Assembly (NCBI RefSeq): GCF_000172995.2
Contig: NC_014736.1
Coordinates: 60,001-92,000, forward strand
Origin: Halogeometricum borinquense DSM 11551
Lineage (GTDB): Archaea > Halobacteriota > Halobacteria > Halobacteriales > Haloferacaceae
DNA: 32,000 bases
Direction: 5' to 3'
Shown here: piece by piece, positions 8,601 to 15,448 of the stretch
Position numbering within the stretch: position 1 is the first letter of the stretch
How the letters are laid out: every line of letters starts with the position of its first letter
Translations under genes and position numbers: made by a program
Notes under the pieces: generated by a model
Seen by the model: only the letters and a program-made list of their open reading frames with translations
What the model was told of the DNA's origin: nothing
Database searches by the model: none

Positions 8601-11600
8601 GTCGTCGCCGACCATCGACGATGTGAGTTCTCGCGGGGAACACACCACCGAAACAGGTCGGTCTCAGACAGGGACCCGTCTGTCGAACCAGTCGGCGGTC
8701 GCAGATGTTCCAACCGGCGGAATCATCCAGCGAACTCACACACTGGGAAGTGTCGAACACCGGCTTACATCGACCATTCGAGAACACTCACTCATGTCGG
8801 GAACGAACCGCAAACAGGTGAGTGCACGGTCACGACCGCAGTCGGCCGCGACGAAAGTGCGTACCCAGTCAGGTACGTTGCCGGCGGCCGGCAGCAGCGG
8901 TTCTCGTGAGGGAGCCACCAGCGAGGCAGACGGTGCCCGCGCTGTACAGCACACAGAATCCCGTTCGCCACAAGCACCCGATGTTGGCGAGGGGCGAAGT
9001 ACACAGTCGGTCTCGCCGTCGCTGTCGGAGTCACCTGCTCAGTCCCGAGGTGTTCAGAAAACATCCCAAGCGAGTCGCCGGTCTACAGGAACGCCGGAAC
9101 TGTCCACTGAAGCACCCGAGACTCAACAGCCGGTGCGCCACTCATCCCACACAAACGTCCCTCCGGCTACGAACGTACCTGTCACTACGAACACCACTAC
9201 TGCGACCACACCCCACGCCACGAATTCGTCCTCTACGACGACGACCCCGCAGACGACGAATTCCGCCGCCACTACGAGCACCCCTCGCACTACGGACTCC
9301 CTTCGGGCGCGGCACGCGCAGAATACAGCCGAAAGCGGAGAGACAACGGCAGAAAGCGGGGAGATAACGGCATCTCGTCGGGAAGAACAGCGAATCAGGG
9401 AGACGACCCCACACCTGAGAGACCAGCGCTCGTCCAACGTTCGCAGCCAAGCGCGGGGGCAACCGACGACACAGACCGGCACACGCACTGTCGCACTACC
9501 TACGGTCGAGTCTGGGATTCGGAGACCGAGTGCAACAGACCCCGATAGTCGAACGTGGACAGATCAAGTGTCCACCCACGGGACGGACGAGACAGCCTCA
9601 GGTCGATTGCGGAACGTCGATGCGCCCACCTCTCTCCAGCAAACGTTCACGCAAGGGGGGCAAGCTCGGTCGCCGGCCCCCAGCCAACCCGCATCCGCTG
9701 AGATAGTGTCGGGAGCGGAGACGCAGTCGTCTGATCGTCCAGCGCTCATACCGCGGTCACGGCGGCGCAGTCAGCGACCTTCCAACGAGTCCACCCCCGG
9801 CAATCGTGACACTCCCACGGACCCAAGCCGTGATGTCGCAACCGGAGACTACTCGACGGATACGGACGCGTCGCTCCACGAGGACGAGTTCCGTCCACAA
9901 CAGTCGGTCGGATACGACACGCCCGGATGGTCCAACGAATCAAGTCCGCTCACTGCTCTCGGGATGTCGGACGCAACTGGGAAAACAGGGCTGTCGGTAA
10001 TTGGACACGAGGTGTTCGAACGCGCCAGTCGATCCAGCCGACTCGGTAGCCGAACGAATCCGACCAGCGGCCGAACGAATCCGACCAGTGGCCGAACGAC
10101 GACCGATTCGGAGGCCCGACGCGTCGTCTCGCCGGGGTCTCCTGACGCACCGTCGTCAGAGACGAGAACGTCCCGTACGACAGTCTCCGATCACTCGAAT
10201 CATCAGTCTGCTCGTCCGCCGTCAACCGACTCCGTAGAGGACGCGGCATGGGACGTGTCATCCCAGTTGGCGCGTACAGCAACGCAGTACGCTGCAAACG
10301 TAGCGGCCAACCGTCGGAGCCAGCAATCGGAGTCCGTCCCCAAAACGGTAGCACAGAATGTGCGCCGCTCGGATGCTCCCCGTAACGACGTCAGTGAGCC
10401 AGCGTCACAAGTGACAAGTGGGCAAGAGACCCGGGACCCTGTGCAGAATCCAGATGCACCGGGCAACAACGCTCAGACGGAATTCAAGTACTTGCAATCA
10501 GCTCCATCGGCAAGCCAGAGATGGGCAAACGAAGGAGCGTCCGGACAGGCGTCGCCAACGAGTGGCACGGTCCGTCAGAGACAGAATATCGGTGGTTCAG
10601 GATTCGAGACAGCTGTTGTGCAGCGGTATCAGCCAGCCGCGGTTAGCACGCCAGCCTTGGATTGGGTTTCCGAAACGATGCAGTCTGATGCGACTCAACT
10701 GGCACAGTCGCACCGCAGTCACTCGAACGAGTCGGGACAGAATCCGGGTGGAAAGACGCTTCGAGGACGCGCCGGCGGAACAGACGATCCGACCGCACTG
10801 GTGCGTGGGAGCGCACCGTCGTCTCCAGCGGTCGATCAGAGACAGCACCGAAGCGCTAGCGAAACGAGTGCGCGTCAAGCCGTTCGTCAACGAGGCGCGT
10901 CTGAGAGCGAAACCGTTCCCCAACCGGGCGCGTCCGAGGCCGACACCGCTCGCCGACCGAACGTATCCGGAGGCGACGGGGAAATGCCAACGCCGAGTGT
11001 GAACCCACGGGCGTCCGAGAGAGTATCATTCCCGACTGCGCTATCGTCGTCTAGGCGTTCGGCTACAAAGACCCGTTCCACGCGGACAGAGGCCTCGACC
11101 GGTATCTCCGCAAAGACATCGTCCGCCGATTGGCCCACCCAGTCATCAGAGACGCTGTCATCAGCCACGGCGGTAAGCGATGATACCGAAAGCGCTGTGC
11201 AACGGTCTAGGACGGGGAACTCTGTGAATCGGTCAGGACAACCGAATCTGACTGGAGCGAGTGAGATAGCAGACACGAGCGGGGCATCACCGAGCGTCTC
11301 ACCCGCTGCACGGGTGTTCGCCCGAGCAAACAAAGCTCGTACCGCGGTTGAGGGAACTCGTACTTCGGCCGAAGGGGCTCACACTTCGGGTGAAGATACC
11401 CGCTCTTCGGCTGAAGAGACACAGACAACAGTCGAAGGTGCCCAAGCCAGAGTCGAAGCAACCCGTACTGCGGTCGAGGGAACCCGGACGACGGTCAGAG
11501 AGGCAACCGATGACGGGAACGCTAATCGAGATGGCTCAGTAGTAGATTCCGGTGTGAAATCGGAATCCGATAGCGACAGAGCGGATTCGACTCGGTCCAG

Positions 11601-12282
11601 TCCGTCGATGAGCGGCGGGATAGTGGCCGGCGATAAAACATCACTTGGCGAAAAAGTTAAATATAAAAACAGGAATATCGAATATAACACCACAGATGAG
11701 GGACGGAGCAGGAAAACCAGTGGAGTCGAGCGGATGAGCATGCCGAAACCACAGACTGAGCCGTCACTCGTATATCGACAGGAGCGTTCGCCTGCTACGG
11801 GTCAGCAGAACGACGACCGCGTCGCCGGCGACACTCAACGCGCTGGTCTGACTGGCGAATCGCTGCACGGTCAGCCAAGAGCGAACCAACAGCAGCCATC
11901 GCACATGGCGCGTTCCTCGACTCGCCAGGGCAACTTCACCAGCGGGGTAGGCACGAATCAAGGGCCAACTGAGCAAGACCGGCATGGAATCCAACGACAA
12001 GGCACTGCGTCCCATCGCGGTGATACGGTCAGCGGTTCTCCCTTCGACTCTAACGGCCCACAGAACACGGATCTACGTTCCGCAACCTCACAAACAGGTG
12101 TCAGCGGGCATCCCTCTGAGAACGACCACTCACAACGTGCCCAAGGTCGTATCGACGACCTCGATATTCAGCTGAGCGACCAGTCGCTACAACTCAACGC
12201 TGACGTTGACCGACTGGTCGATGTACTGTACCGGAAACTAGAACGCAAACGCCGGATGGAGCGACAACGGAGAGGATTCTAA
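5671..12282 (+). CDS. Giant (~2200 aa) low-complexity R/S/T/Q/P/A-rich protein in the tape-measure position of the CIS operon; function unknown
   Basis: A single 6.6-kb open frame, while all competing ORFs on both strands are under 200 aa. The start is uncertain (GTG 5671 or ATG 5704). The stop TAA at 12280-12282 abuts the ATG of the LysM gene at 12283. There is no N-terminal signal peptide or TM segment. Most of the protein is compositionally biased. Only the first ~100 aa and the last ~60 aa (IDDLDIQLSDQSLQLNADVDRLVDVLYRKLERKRRMERQRRGF) look like ordinary helical protein. Confidence 0.8.
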   Translation: MARGNTNSEAHMTRERSNLTLESSGRDIGTLTDTDAVNSIDPAVTSLATTGGLEQRISSIATLDTARLGGTFAQRIIRKRGAATLIFRSLQNAVQDDTPDEAEPSDDFYSISYPSLEETYPQYDSETPEWETPDSGTARADPPLRTTRPSTPDLTVQQSDAPQPQTHEVTQNPNSLQSEAAPDQTAQSWLDEDSDTPKSGVTAEAETESGQHRTDTPSSVVSTPTTSGQNSGRAGSHRPSVERTDAAIRTVSQQLRRVSRRATGARTVLVDQTDTDSTTLAGQSNQPLSTLTGQTNQQSTTPTSQTNRQPISTDEYRAGDSNRQQQTPTVAPSASSPSPTVLSEHETESSTSSSTSGKRISNQRTAHESRLTGTQHESGHLQGSRASTPKARQRRIPRTDSSQSPTAGTTTAHETSVNRSANPQKSNGQRSALWTPAATASNRSPESAVRASPTTERPNSTESTTQRSLSGSHERSASSTSLRATASTIPGPDVETPVRATTRTRGIAAGRESNQTLTSPSRTAAEREPTQRPSGTTVTASDSSQPTAPTADSGPFQPSLGVTPTTVLDTPVQRQPGSTQESAVQRANYESATTSTRTRVVDTTNATTASPVESTSPTDSDSTPSNRDWSTPTSTPTQGSRRTLTRVSDTGTGKERTAEGQLRSPWSQSHSSQMKTAADTSATSTTAATSGDRVGSISGAIETANRARTEIAENDSYPNRPTASSTDPSTAADRLSRQEFGEVDTANRARTQTRTGVSASGTDSSVPATRSSATSESANGLDSQVSNRSGSVAPENSTRPNSHVQSQRTATRTIDHLTVHRLSSQSAITDGTTGSSLQRTHAMGGAKRALTAGTQRRPETSTTRREQVSDSSPAQPTTQSAQSDTALSAGDVRARDSYATGATRTRFRQHAESQSLQALDSGSNRDTESPSPLSSPSTDDITASEGRITRASRTEAVQPSDSHSVQPLNAGDRRATESSPTIDDVSSRGEHTTETGRSQTGTRLSNQSAVADVPTGGIIQRTHTLGSVEHRLTSTIREHSLMSGTNRKQVSARSRPQSAATKVRTQSGTLPAAGSSGSREGATSEADGARAVQHTESRSPQAPDVGEGRSTQSVSPSLSESPAQSRGVQKTSQASRRSTGTPELSTEAPETQQPVRHSSHTNVPPATNVPVTTNTTTATTPHATNSSSTTTTPQTTNSAATTSTPRTTDSLRARHAQNTAESGETTAESGEITASRREEQRIRETTPHLRDQRSSNVRSQARGQPTTQTGTRTVALPTVESGIRRPSATDPDSRTWTDQVSTHGTDETASGRLRNVDAPTSLQQTFTQGGQARSPAPSQPASAEIVSGAETQSSDRPALIPRSRRRSQRPSNESTPGNRDTPTDPSRDVATGDYSTDTDASLHEDEFRPQQSVGYDTPGWSNESSPLTALGMSDATGKTGLSVIGHEVFERASRSSRLGSRTNPTSGRTNPTSGRTTTDSEARRVVSPGSPDAPSSETRTSRTTVSDHSNHQSARPPSTDSVEDAAWDVSSQLARTATQYAANVAANRRSQQSESVPKTVAQNVRRSDAPRNDVSEPASQVTSGQETRDPVQNPDAPGNNAQTEFKYLQSAPSASQRWANEGASGQASPTSGTVRQRQNIGGSGFETAVVQRYQPAAVSTPALDWVSETMQSDATQLAQSHRSHSNESGQNPGGKTLRGRAGGTDDPTALVRGSAPSSPAVDQRQHRSASETSARQAVRQRGASESETVPQPGASEADTARRPNVSGGDGEMPTPSVNPRASERVSFPTALSSSRRSATKTRSTRTEASTGISAKTSSADWPTQSSETLSSATAVSDDTESAVQRSRTGNSVNRSGQPNLTGASEIADTSGASPSVSPAARVFARANKARTAVEGTRTSAEGAHTSGEDTRSSAEETQTTVEGAQARVEATRTAVEGTRTTVREATDDGNANRDGSVVDSGVKSESDSDRADSTRSSPSMSGGIVAGDKTSLGEKVKYKNRNIEYNTTDEGRSRKTSGVERMSMPKPQTEPSLVYRQERSPATGQQNDDRVAGDTQRAGLTGESLHGQPRANQQQPSHMARSSTRQGNFTSGVGTNQGPTEQDRHGIQRQGTASHRGDTVSGSPFDSNGPQNTDLRSATSQTGVSGHPSENDHSQRAQGRIDDLDIQLSDQSLQLNADVDRLVDVLYRKLERKRRMERQRRGF
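8128..8478 (+). repeat. Module A of a diverged ~117-121-aa internal duplication within the giant ORF
   Basis: HRLSSQSAITDGTTGSSLQRTHAMGGAKRALT...QVSDSSPAQ...RFRQHAESQSLQALDSGSNRDTESPSPLSSP aligns by eye with module B: TRLSNQSAVADVPTGGIIQRTHTLGSVEHRLT...QVSARSRPQ...RAVQHTESRSPQAPDVGEGRSTQSVSPSLSESP. Confidence 0.6.
8674..9036 (+). repeat. Module B of the diverged internal duplication within the giant ORF
   Basis: See module A. The shared skeleton is RLSxQSAhxDxxTGxxhQRTHxhGxxxxLT ... QVS ... QHxESxSxQAxDxG. Confidence 0.6.
9325..9372 (+). repeat. Coding 21-nt tandem repeat (about 2.3 units; TAESGET/TAESGEI)
   Basis: acagccgaaagcggagagaca / acggcagaaagcggggagata / acggca. The two full units match at 17 of 21 positions. 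Confidence 0.65.
10050..10099 (+). repeat. Coding 21-nt tandem repeat (about 2.4 units; RTNPTSG)
   Basis: ccgaacgaatccgaccagcgg / ccgaacgaatccgaccagtgg / ccgaacga. There is one mismatch between the full units. The protein reads SRTNPTSGRTNPTSGRTT. Confidence 0.8.
11335..11502 (+). repeat. Coding degenerate 21-nt (7-aa) tandem repeat, 8 units
   Basis: ARTAVEG TRTSAEG AHTSGED TRSSAEE TQTTVEG AQARVEA TRTAVEG TRTTVRE. The heptad periodicity is read directly from the translation. Confidence 0.7.
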
Positions 12283-12951
12283 ATGGGTACCTCAGGTAAA
12301 CTAGAGAAAGCACAGATCATCATCCTGAACGGGAACCACGAAAACACGACTATCGACTGCAAGTTCAATCCAAACTCGTACACGCTCGAAAAAAGCGTTA
12401 ACTACGGGGAACTGAAGGCGACTGGCTCGGGCGCATCCGTCCAGCAGTTCGTCGATGGAAACGCTGAGCGACTGTCGATGGAACTGTTCTTCGACACCAC
12501 CGACGAGGTTGACTCAGCCAAATCCGTCGATAAGGTCGATGTCAGAGAGCAGTACACGAAGTACATCGATCTACTGCTCTCCGTGGACGGCGAACTCCAC
12601 GCACCACCAGTATGTCGCTTCGTCTGGGGGAAAGGAATCGACTTTACGGCACTTGTCCACAGTGCAAACAAGCAATTCACGAAGTTCCTCCCCAGCGGTG
12701 TACCGGTACGCGCACGCGTGTCCATTGTATTTCAGGAGTTCAAAACGGCCGACTACCACAAATCCGAGGTCTCTCCGGAGTCCACTGACAAAACGAAAGT
12801 CTGGACAGTGAGCGAAGGAGACACGCTTTGGCTCATCGCATCCGAGGAGTACAGCGACCCGGCACACTGGCGAACGATTGCTGAACACAACAACCTCGAG
12901 AATCCCCGAGATATCCAAGCGGGACAGAAACTCGAACTGCCGCCTCTGTAA
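12283..12951 (+). CDS. CIS tube-initiator-like protein with a C-terminal LysM domain (Afp7 / P2 gpX-like role)
   Basis: The N-terminal tube-fold signature (KAQIIILNGN...IDCKFNPNSYTLEKSVNYGELKATGSGASVQQFVDGNAERLSMELFFDTT) matches the FNP...W/Y...G...QF.GG...L.L.L.FD pattern of CIS tube/initiator proteins. The C-terminal LysM domain is WTVSEGDTLWLIASEEYSDPAHWRTIAEHNNLENPRDIQAGQKLELP. The ATG immediately follows the stop of the giant ORF. Confidence 0.9.
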   Translation: MGTSGKLEKAQIIILNGNHENTTIDCKFNPNSYTLEKSVNYGELKATGSGASVQQFVDGNAERLSMELFFDTTDEVDSAKSVDKVDVREQYTKYIDLLLSVDGELHAPPVCRFVWGKGIDFTALVHSANKQFTKFLPSGVPVRARVSIVFQEFKTADYHKSEVSPESTDKTKVWTVSEGDTLWLIASEEYSDPAHWRTIAEHNNLENPRDIQAGQKLELPPL

Positions 12952-12953
12952 GC

Positions 12954-13982
12954 ATGGCTCCAGGAATCAACAACCACCCGGCCTACTCGCCGCGATTCAA
13001 AGTCGAGGTCGGGAGTAAGAAGTTCCAAGAACCCGGCGGACGGATCGCTGACCTCGTCGTCGAGACGACGTTCGATGGGGCCGACCGGTTCTCGTTCACG
13101 CTGAACTATCCGTTCGACGAGGAGCGAGACCAGTTCGCCGGACTCGACTGGGACCTGTTCAGCATCGGGACCGACGTCGAAATTGCGATGGGATACGGCG
13201 ACAAAGGTCAACTGACGGACCTCTTGACCGGGAAGATCCACTCCATCAACACGGAGTTTACGACAGACAGAGGGCCGTCAGTCCAAGTCTCCGGATACGG
13301 ACTGCTCTGGGAGATGATGCAGGGGACGAACTCGGATTCGTGGGAGAAAACCACGATTGGAGATGCCGTCAAAGACGTCCTGTCGTCGTATTCGTTCTCG
13401 ACGACCAAGGTCAAGAGCGCAAATATCAAGCGGGACAAACTCATCCAAGACGACCGGAGCGACTACAAGTTCGTCGAGCAACTCGCGTCCGCCTACGGAT
13501 TCGAGTTCTATGCGGAGCGCGATACGGTGAAGTTCATACCCCGGTCGTCGCAACCGAACGACAAAGAGCCAGTCGAGGAGTTGTGGTACGGCGAAGACCT
13601 CCACGACTTCTTCGGCGAAATCACCGAACAGCGGCAGAGCCACCAAGTGGAAGTCCGATCGTGGGACATCCACAAGAAAGAGGAGATCAAAGCGACCGCG
13701 GGCAGTCGAAGCGCAAAACACAAAGAAGTCTTCAGAATACCAGCCATGTCACGCGACGAAGCCGAACACATAGCCAAGACGAAACTCGGCAAGTTCTCAG
13801 ACGGAATCGTTCAGGCCCACGGTGAAACCGACGGAATTCCCGCGCTTCGAGCGGGCGTCACGGTGAAGCTTGAAGAACTCGGGAAGCGGTTCTCGGGCAA
13901 ATACCACGTCACGAACGCGACCCACCGGATGGGGACAAGCGGGTATCGAACAACGTTTGAGGCCACGGAGGTGGCTGGATGA
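12954..13982 (+). CDS. Baseplate hub protein, phage late control gene D (gpD) / VgrG N-terminal-like
   Basis: 342 aa. It starts 2 nt after the previous stop. The C-terminal signature GKYHVTNATHRMGTSGYRTTFEA matches the gpD/VgrG hub motif (Y.V..v.H.....GY.T.f). Confidence 0.88.
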   Translation: MAPGINNHPAYSPRFKVEVGSKKFQEPGGRIADLVVETTFDGADRFSFTLNYPFDEERDQFAGLDWDLFSIGTDVEIAMGYGDKGQLTDLLTGKIHSINTEFTTDRGPSVQVSGYGLLWEMMQGTNSDSWEKTTIGDAVKDVLSSYSFSTTKVKSANIKRDKLIQDDRSDYKFVEQLASAYGFEFYAERDTVKFIPRSSQPNDKEPVEELWYGEDLHDFFGEITEQRQSHQVEVRSWDIHKKEEIKATAGSRSAKHKEVFRIPAMSRDEAEHIAKTKLGKFSDGIVQAHGETDGIPALRAGVTVKLEELGKRFSGKYHVTNATHRMGTSGYRTTFEATEVAG

Positions 13983-14722
13983 CGCATCCTGATCTGTTCG
14001 GTGCCGAGCAGTCGGGCGACGACGGCATCCGTGGCGTCGCCGTCGGCATCGTCACGGACAATCAAGATCCGAAGGACCTCGGCCGAGTCAAGTTGCAGTT
14101 CCCGTGGCGAGACGCCGACGACGAAAGCTACTGGGCGCGGATTGCGACGGAGATGGCAGGAAAAGAGTACGGGACGTACTTCCTGCCGGAGGTCGAAGAC
14201 GAAGTTCTCGTCGCGTTCGAGAACGGAGATATCCACAAACCGTTTGTCATCGGGTCGCTGTGGAACGGGAAACAAAAGCCGCCACAGAAGAACAGCGACG
14301 GGAAGAACAACACGCGCGAGATTCGGTCACGAAGCGACCACAAAATCGCGTTCGACGATGCCGATAAGGGGAGTATCACGATTCAAACGAGTGCCGGAAA
14401 CGAGATCGCAATCGACGATTCGGGTGACTCCGAGACGATTGTCGTTCGTGACGAGAAAAACGACAACAGCATCGCAATCGACTCCGGAAGTGGGTCGGTG
14501 AAGATCGATGCGAAAAAAGAGATTGAGCTGTCGGCACAAAATATCAAGATAAACGGCAAAAAGAGCGTGGACATCTCCGGCAATAAGGGAGTCAAAGTCC
14601 AAAGCAAAGGACAGATGAAGCTCTCCAGCAAAGCAAAATTGGACATCAAAAGCAGCGGTCTCATGAGTGTCAACGCCACAGGGCCCCTCCAGATTAAGGG
14701 CGCTATCATCCAACTCAACTAA
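13979..14722 (+). CDS. Central spike protein, gp5/gpV OB-fold plus beta-helix (VgrG C-terminal-like)
   Basis: ATGA overlap with the gpD-like gene. The OB-fold is GVAVGIVTDNQDPKDLGRVKLQFPWRDADDESYWARIATEMAGKEYGTYFLPEVEDEVLVAFENGDIHKPFVIGSLWNG. A repetitive beta-helix follows (ITIQTSAGNEIAIDDSGD...VKIDAKKEIELSAQNIKINGKKSVDISGNKGVKVQSKGQMKLSSKAKLDIKSSG). Confidence 0.9.
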   Translation: MTHPDLFGAEQSGDDGIRGVAVGIVTDNQDPKDLGRVKLQFPWRDADDESYWARIATEMAGKEYGTYFLPEVEDEVLVAFENGDIHKPFVIGSLWNGKQKPPQKNSDGKNNTREIRSRSDHKIAFDDADKGSITIQTSAGNEIAIDDSGDSETIVVRDEKNDNSIAIDSGSGSVKIDAKKEIELSAQNIKINGKKSVDISGNKGVKVQSKGQMKLSSKAKLDIKSSGLMSVNATGPLQIKGAIIQLN

Positions 14723-14749
14723 CTCACACCCAACGAAACCGATCAACCA

Positions 14750-15043
14750 ATGAAACCAGCAGCTAGACTCGGCGATTCAACGGCACACGGAAAGCCCCTG
14801 AGCGGTGGAATAGGTAGTCCAAACGTCCTGATTGGCGGGAAACCAGCGTGGCGTGCGGGAGCCGATATGCACGTCTGTCCGCTCGTCACCGGGACCGTCC
14901 CTCACGTCGGTGGTGTCGTTGCTAAAGGTAGCACCAGCGTGCTCATCAACGGCATGCCCGCCGTCAGAATGGGGGACAAAGTAATCGAGAGCGGCCCGCC
15001 GAACACCATCATCAGCGGCGACACAACCGTCCTCATTGGCTGA
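14750..15043 (+). CDS. PAAR-domain spike-tip protein
   Basis: 97 aa: MKPAARLGDSTAHG...VLIGGKPAWRAGADMHVCP...VLINGMPAVRMGDKVIE...TVLIG. It has the three PAAR-like repeats with the typical G-D/ING-P pattern. Confidence 0.9.
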   Translation: MKPAARLGDSTAHGKPLSGGIGSPNVLIGGKPAWRAGADMHVCPLVTGTVPHVGGVVAKGSTSVLINGMPAVRMGDKVIESGPPNTIISGDTTVLIG

Positions 15044-15049
15044 CCGGAC

Positions 15050-15448
15050 ATGTCTGAAGACTTTCTTGGCAAAGGCTGGGCCTACCCAGTGCGACCGGAT
15101 CACCGAGGTAACATCGAACTCTCAGAAACCGACGACGACATCAAAGAGTCCATCCGCATCATCCTCGGGACCGCCAAAGGCGAACGTGTCATGCGCCCCG
15201 ACTTCGGGTGCGACATCCACGACCACGTCTACTCGGCCGCCACCCCCGCCACGCTGAACGTCATCGAGACTAGCGTTCGGGAAGCGCTCGTGCGCTGGGA
15301 GCCGAGAATCGACATCGAAGACGTCGAAGCGTTCACCGACGAGGACGACCCCAACAAGATACTCATCAATATCGACTACCGGGTTCGTACCACGAACGCA
15401 CTCGCAAACATGGTCTATCCCTTCCACATCACGGAGGGTGATGGATGA
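15050..15448 (+). CDS. Baseplate wedge protein, GPW/gp25 family
   Basis: 132 aa: FLGKGWAYPV...IKESIRIILGTAKGERVMRPDFGCDIHDHVY...VREALVRWEPRI. This is the canonical gp25/gpW signature (GER.mrPdFG). Confidence 0.9.
   Translation: MSEDFLGKGWAYPVRPDHRGNIELSETDDDIKESIRIILGTAKGERVMRPDFGCDIHDHVYSAATPATLNVIETSVREALVRWEPRIDIEDVEAFTDEDDPNKILINIDYRVRTTNALANMVYPFHITEGDG

Noticed and set aside
9325-11502. Short tandem repeats considered as a possible CRISPR array or minisatellite
   Set aside because: The units are 21 nt, directly adjacent without spacers, in frame and inside a coding region. This is not CRISPR architecture.
5737-12175. Dozens of 60-213-aa ORFs in other frames and on the opposite strand inside the giant ORF (for example 8146..8787 -, 6611..7192 +, 10418..11002 +, 8822..9367 +)
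   Set aside because: All lie within one uninterrupted 6.6-kb frame. They are short, Arg/Pro/Cys-rich, and best explained as frame shadows of GC-rich repetitive coding DNA.
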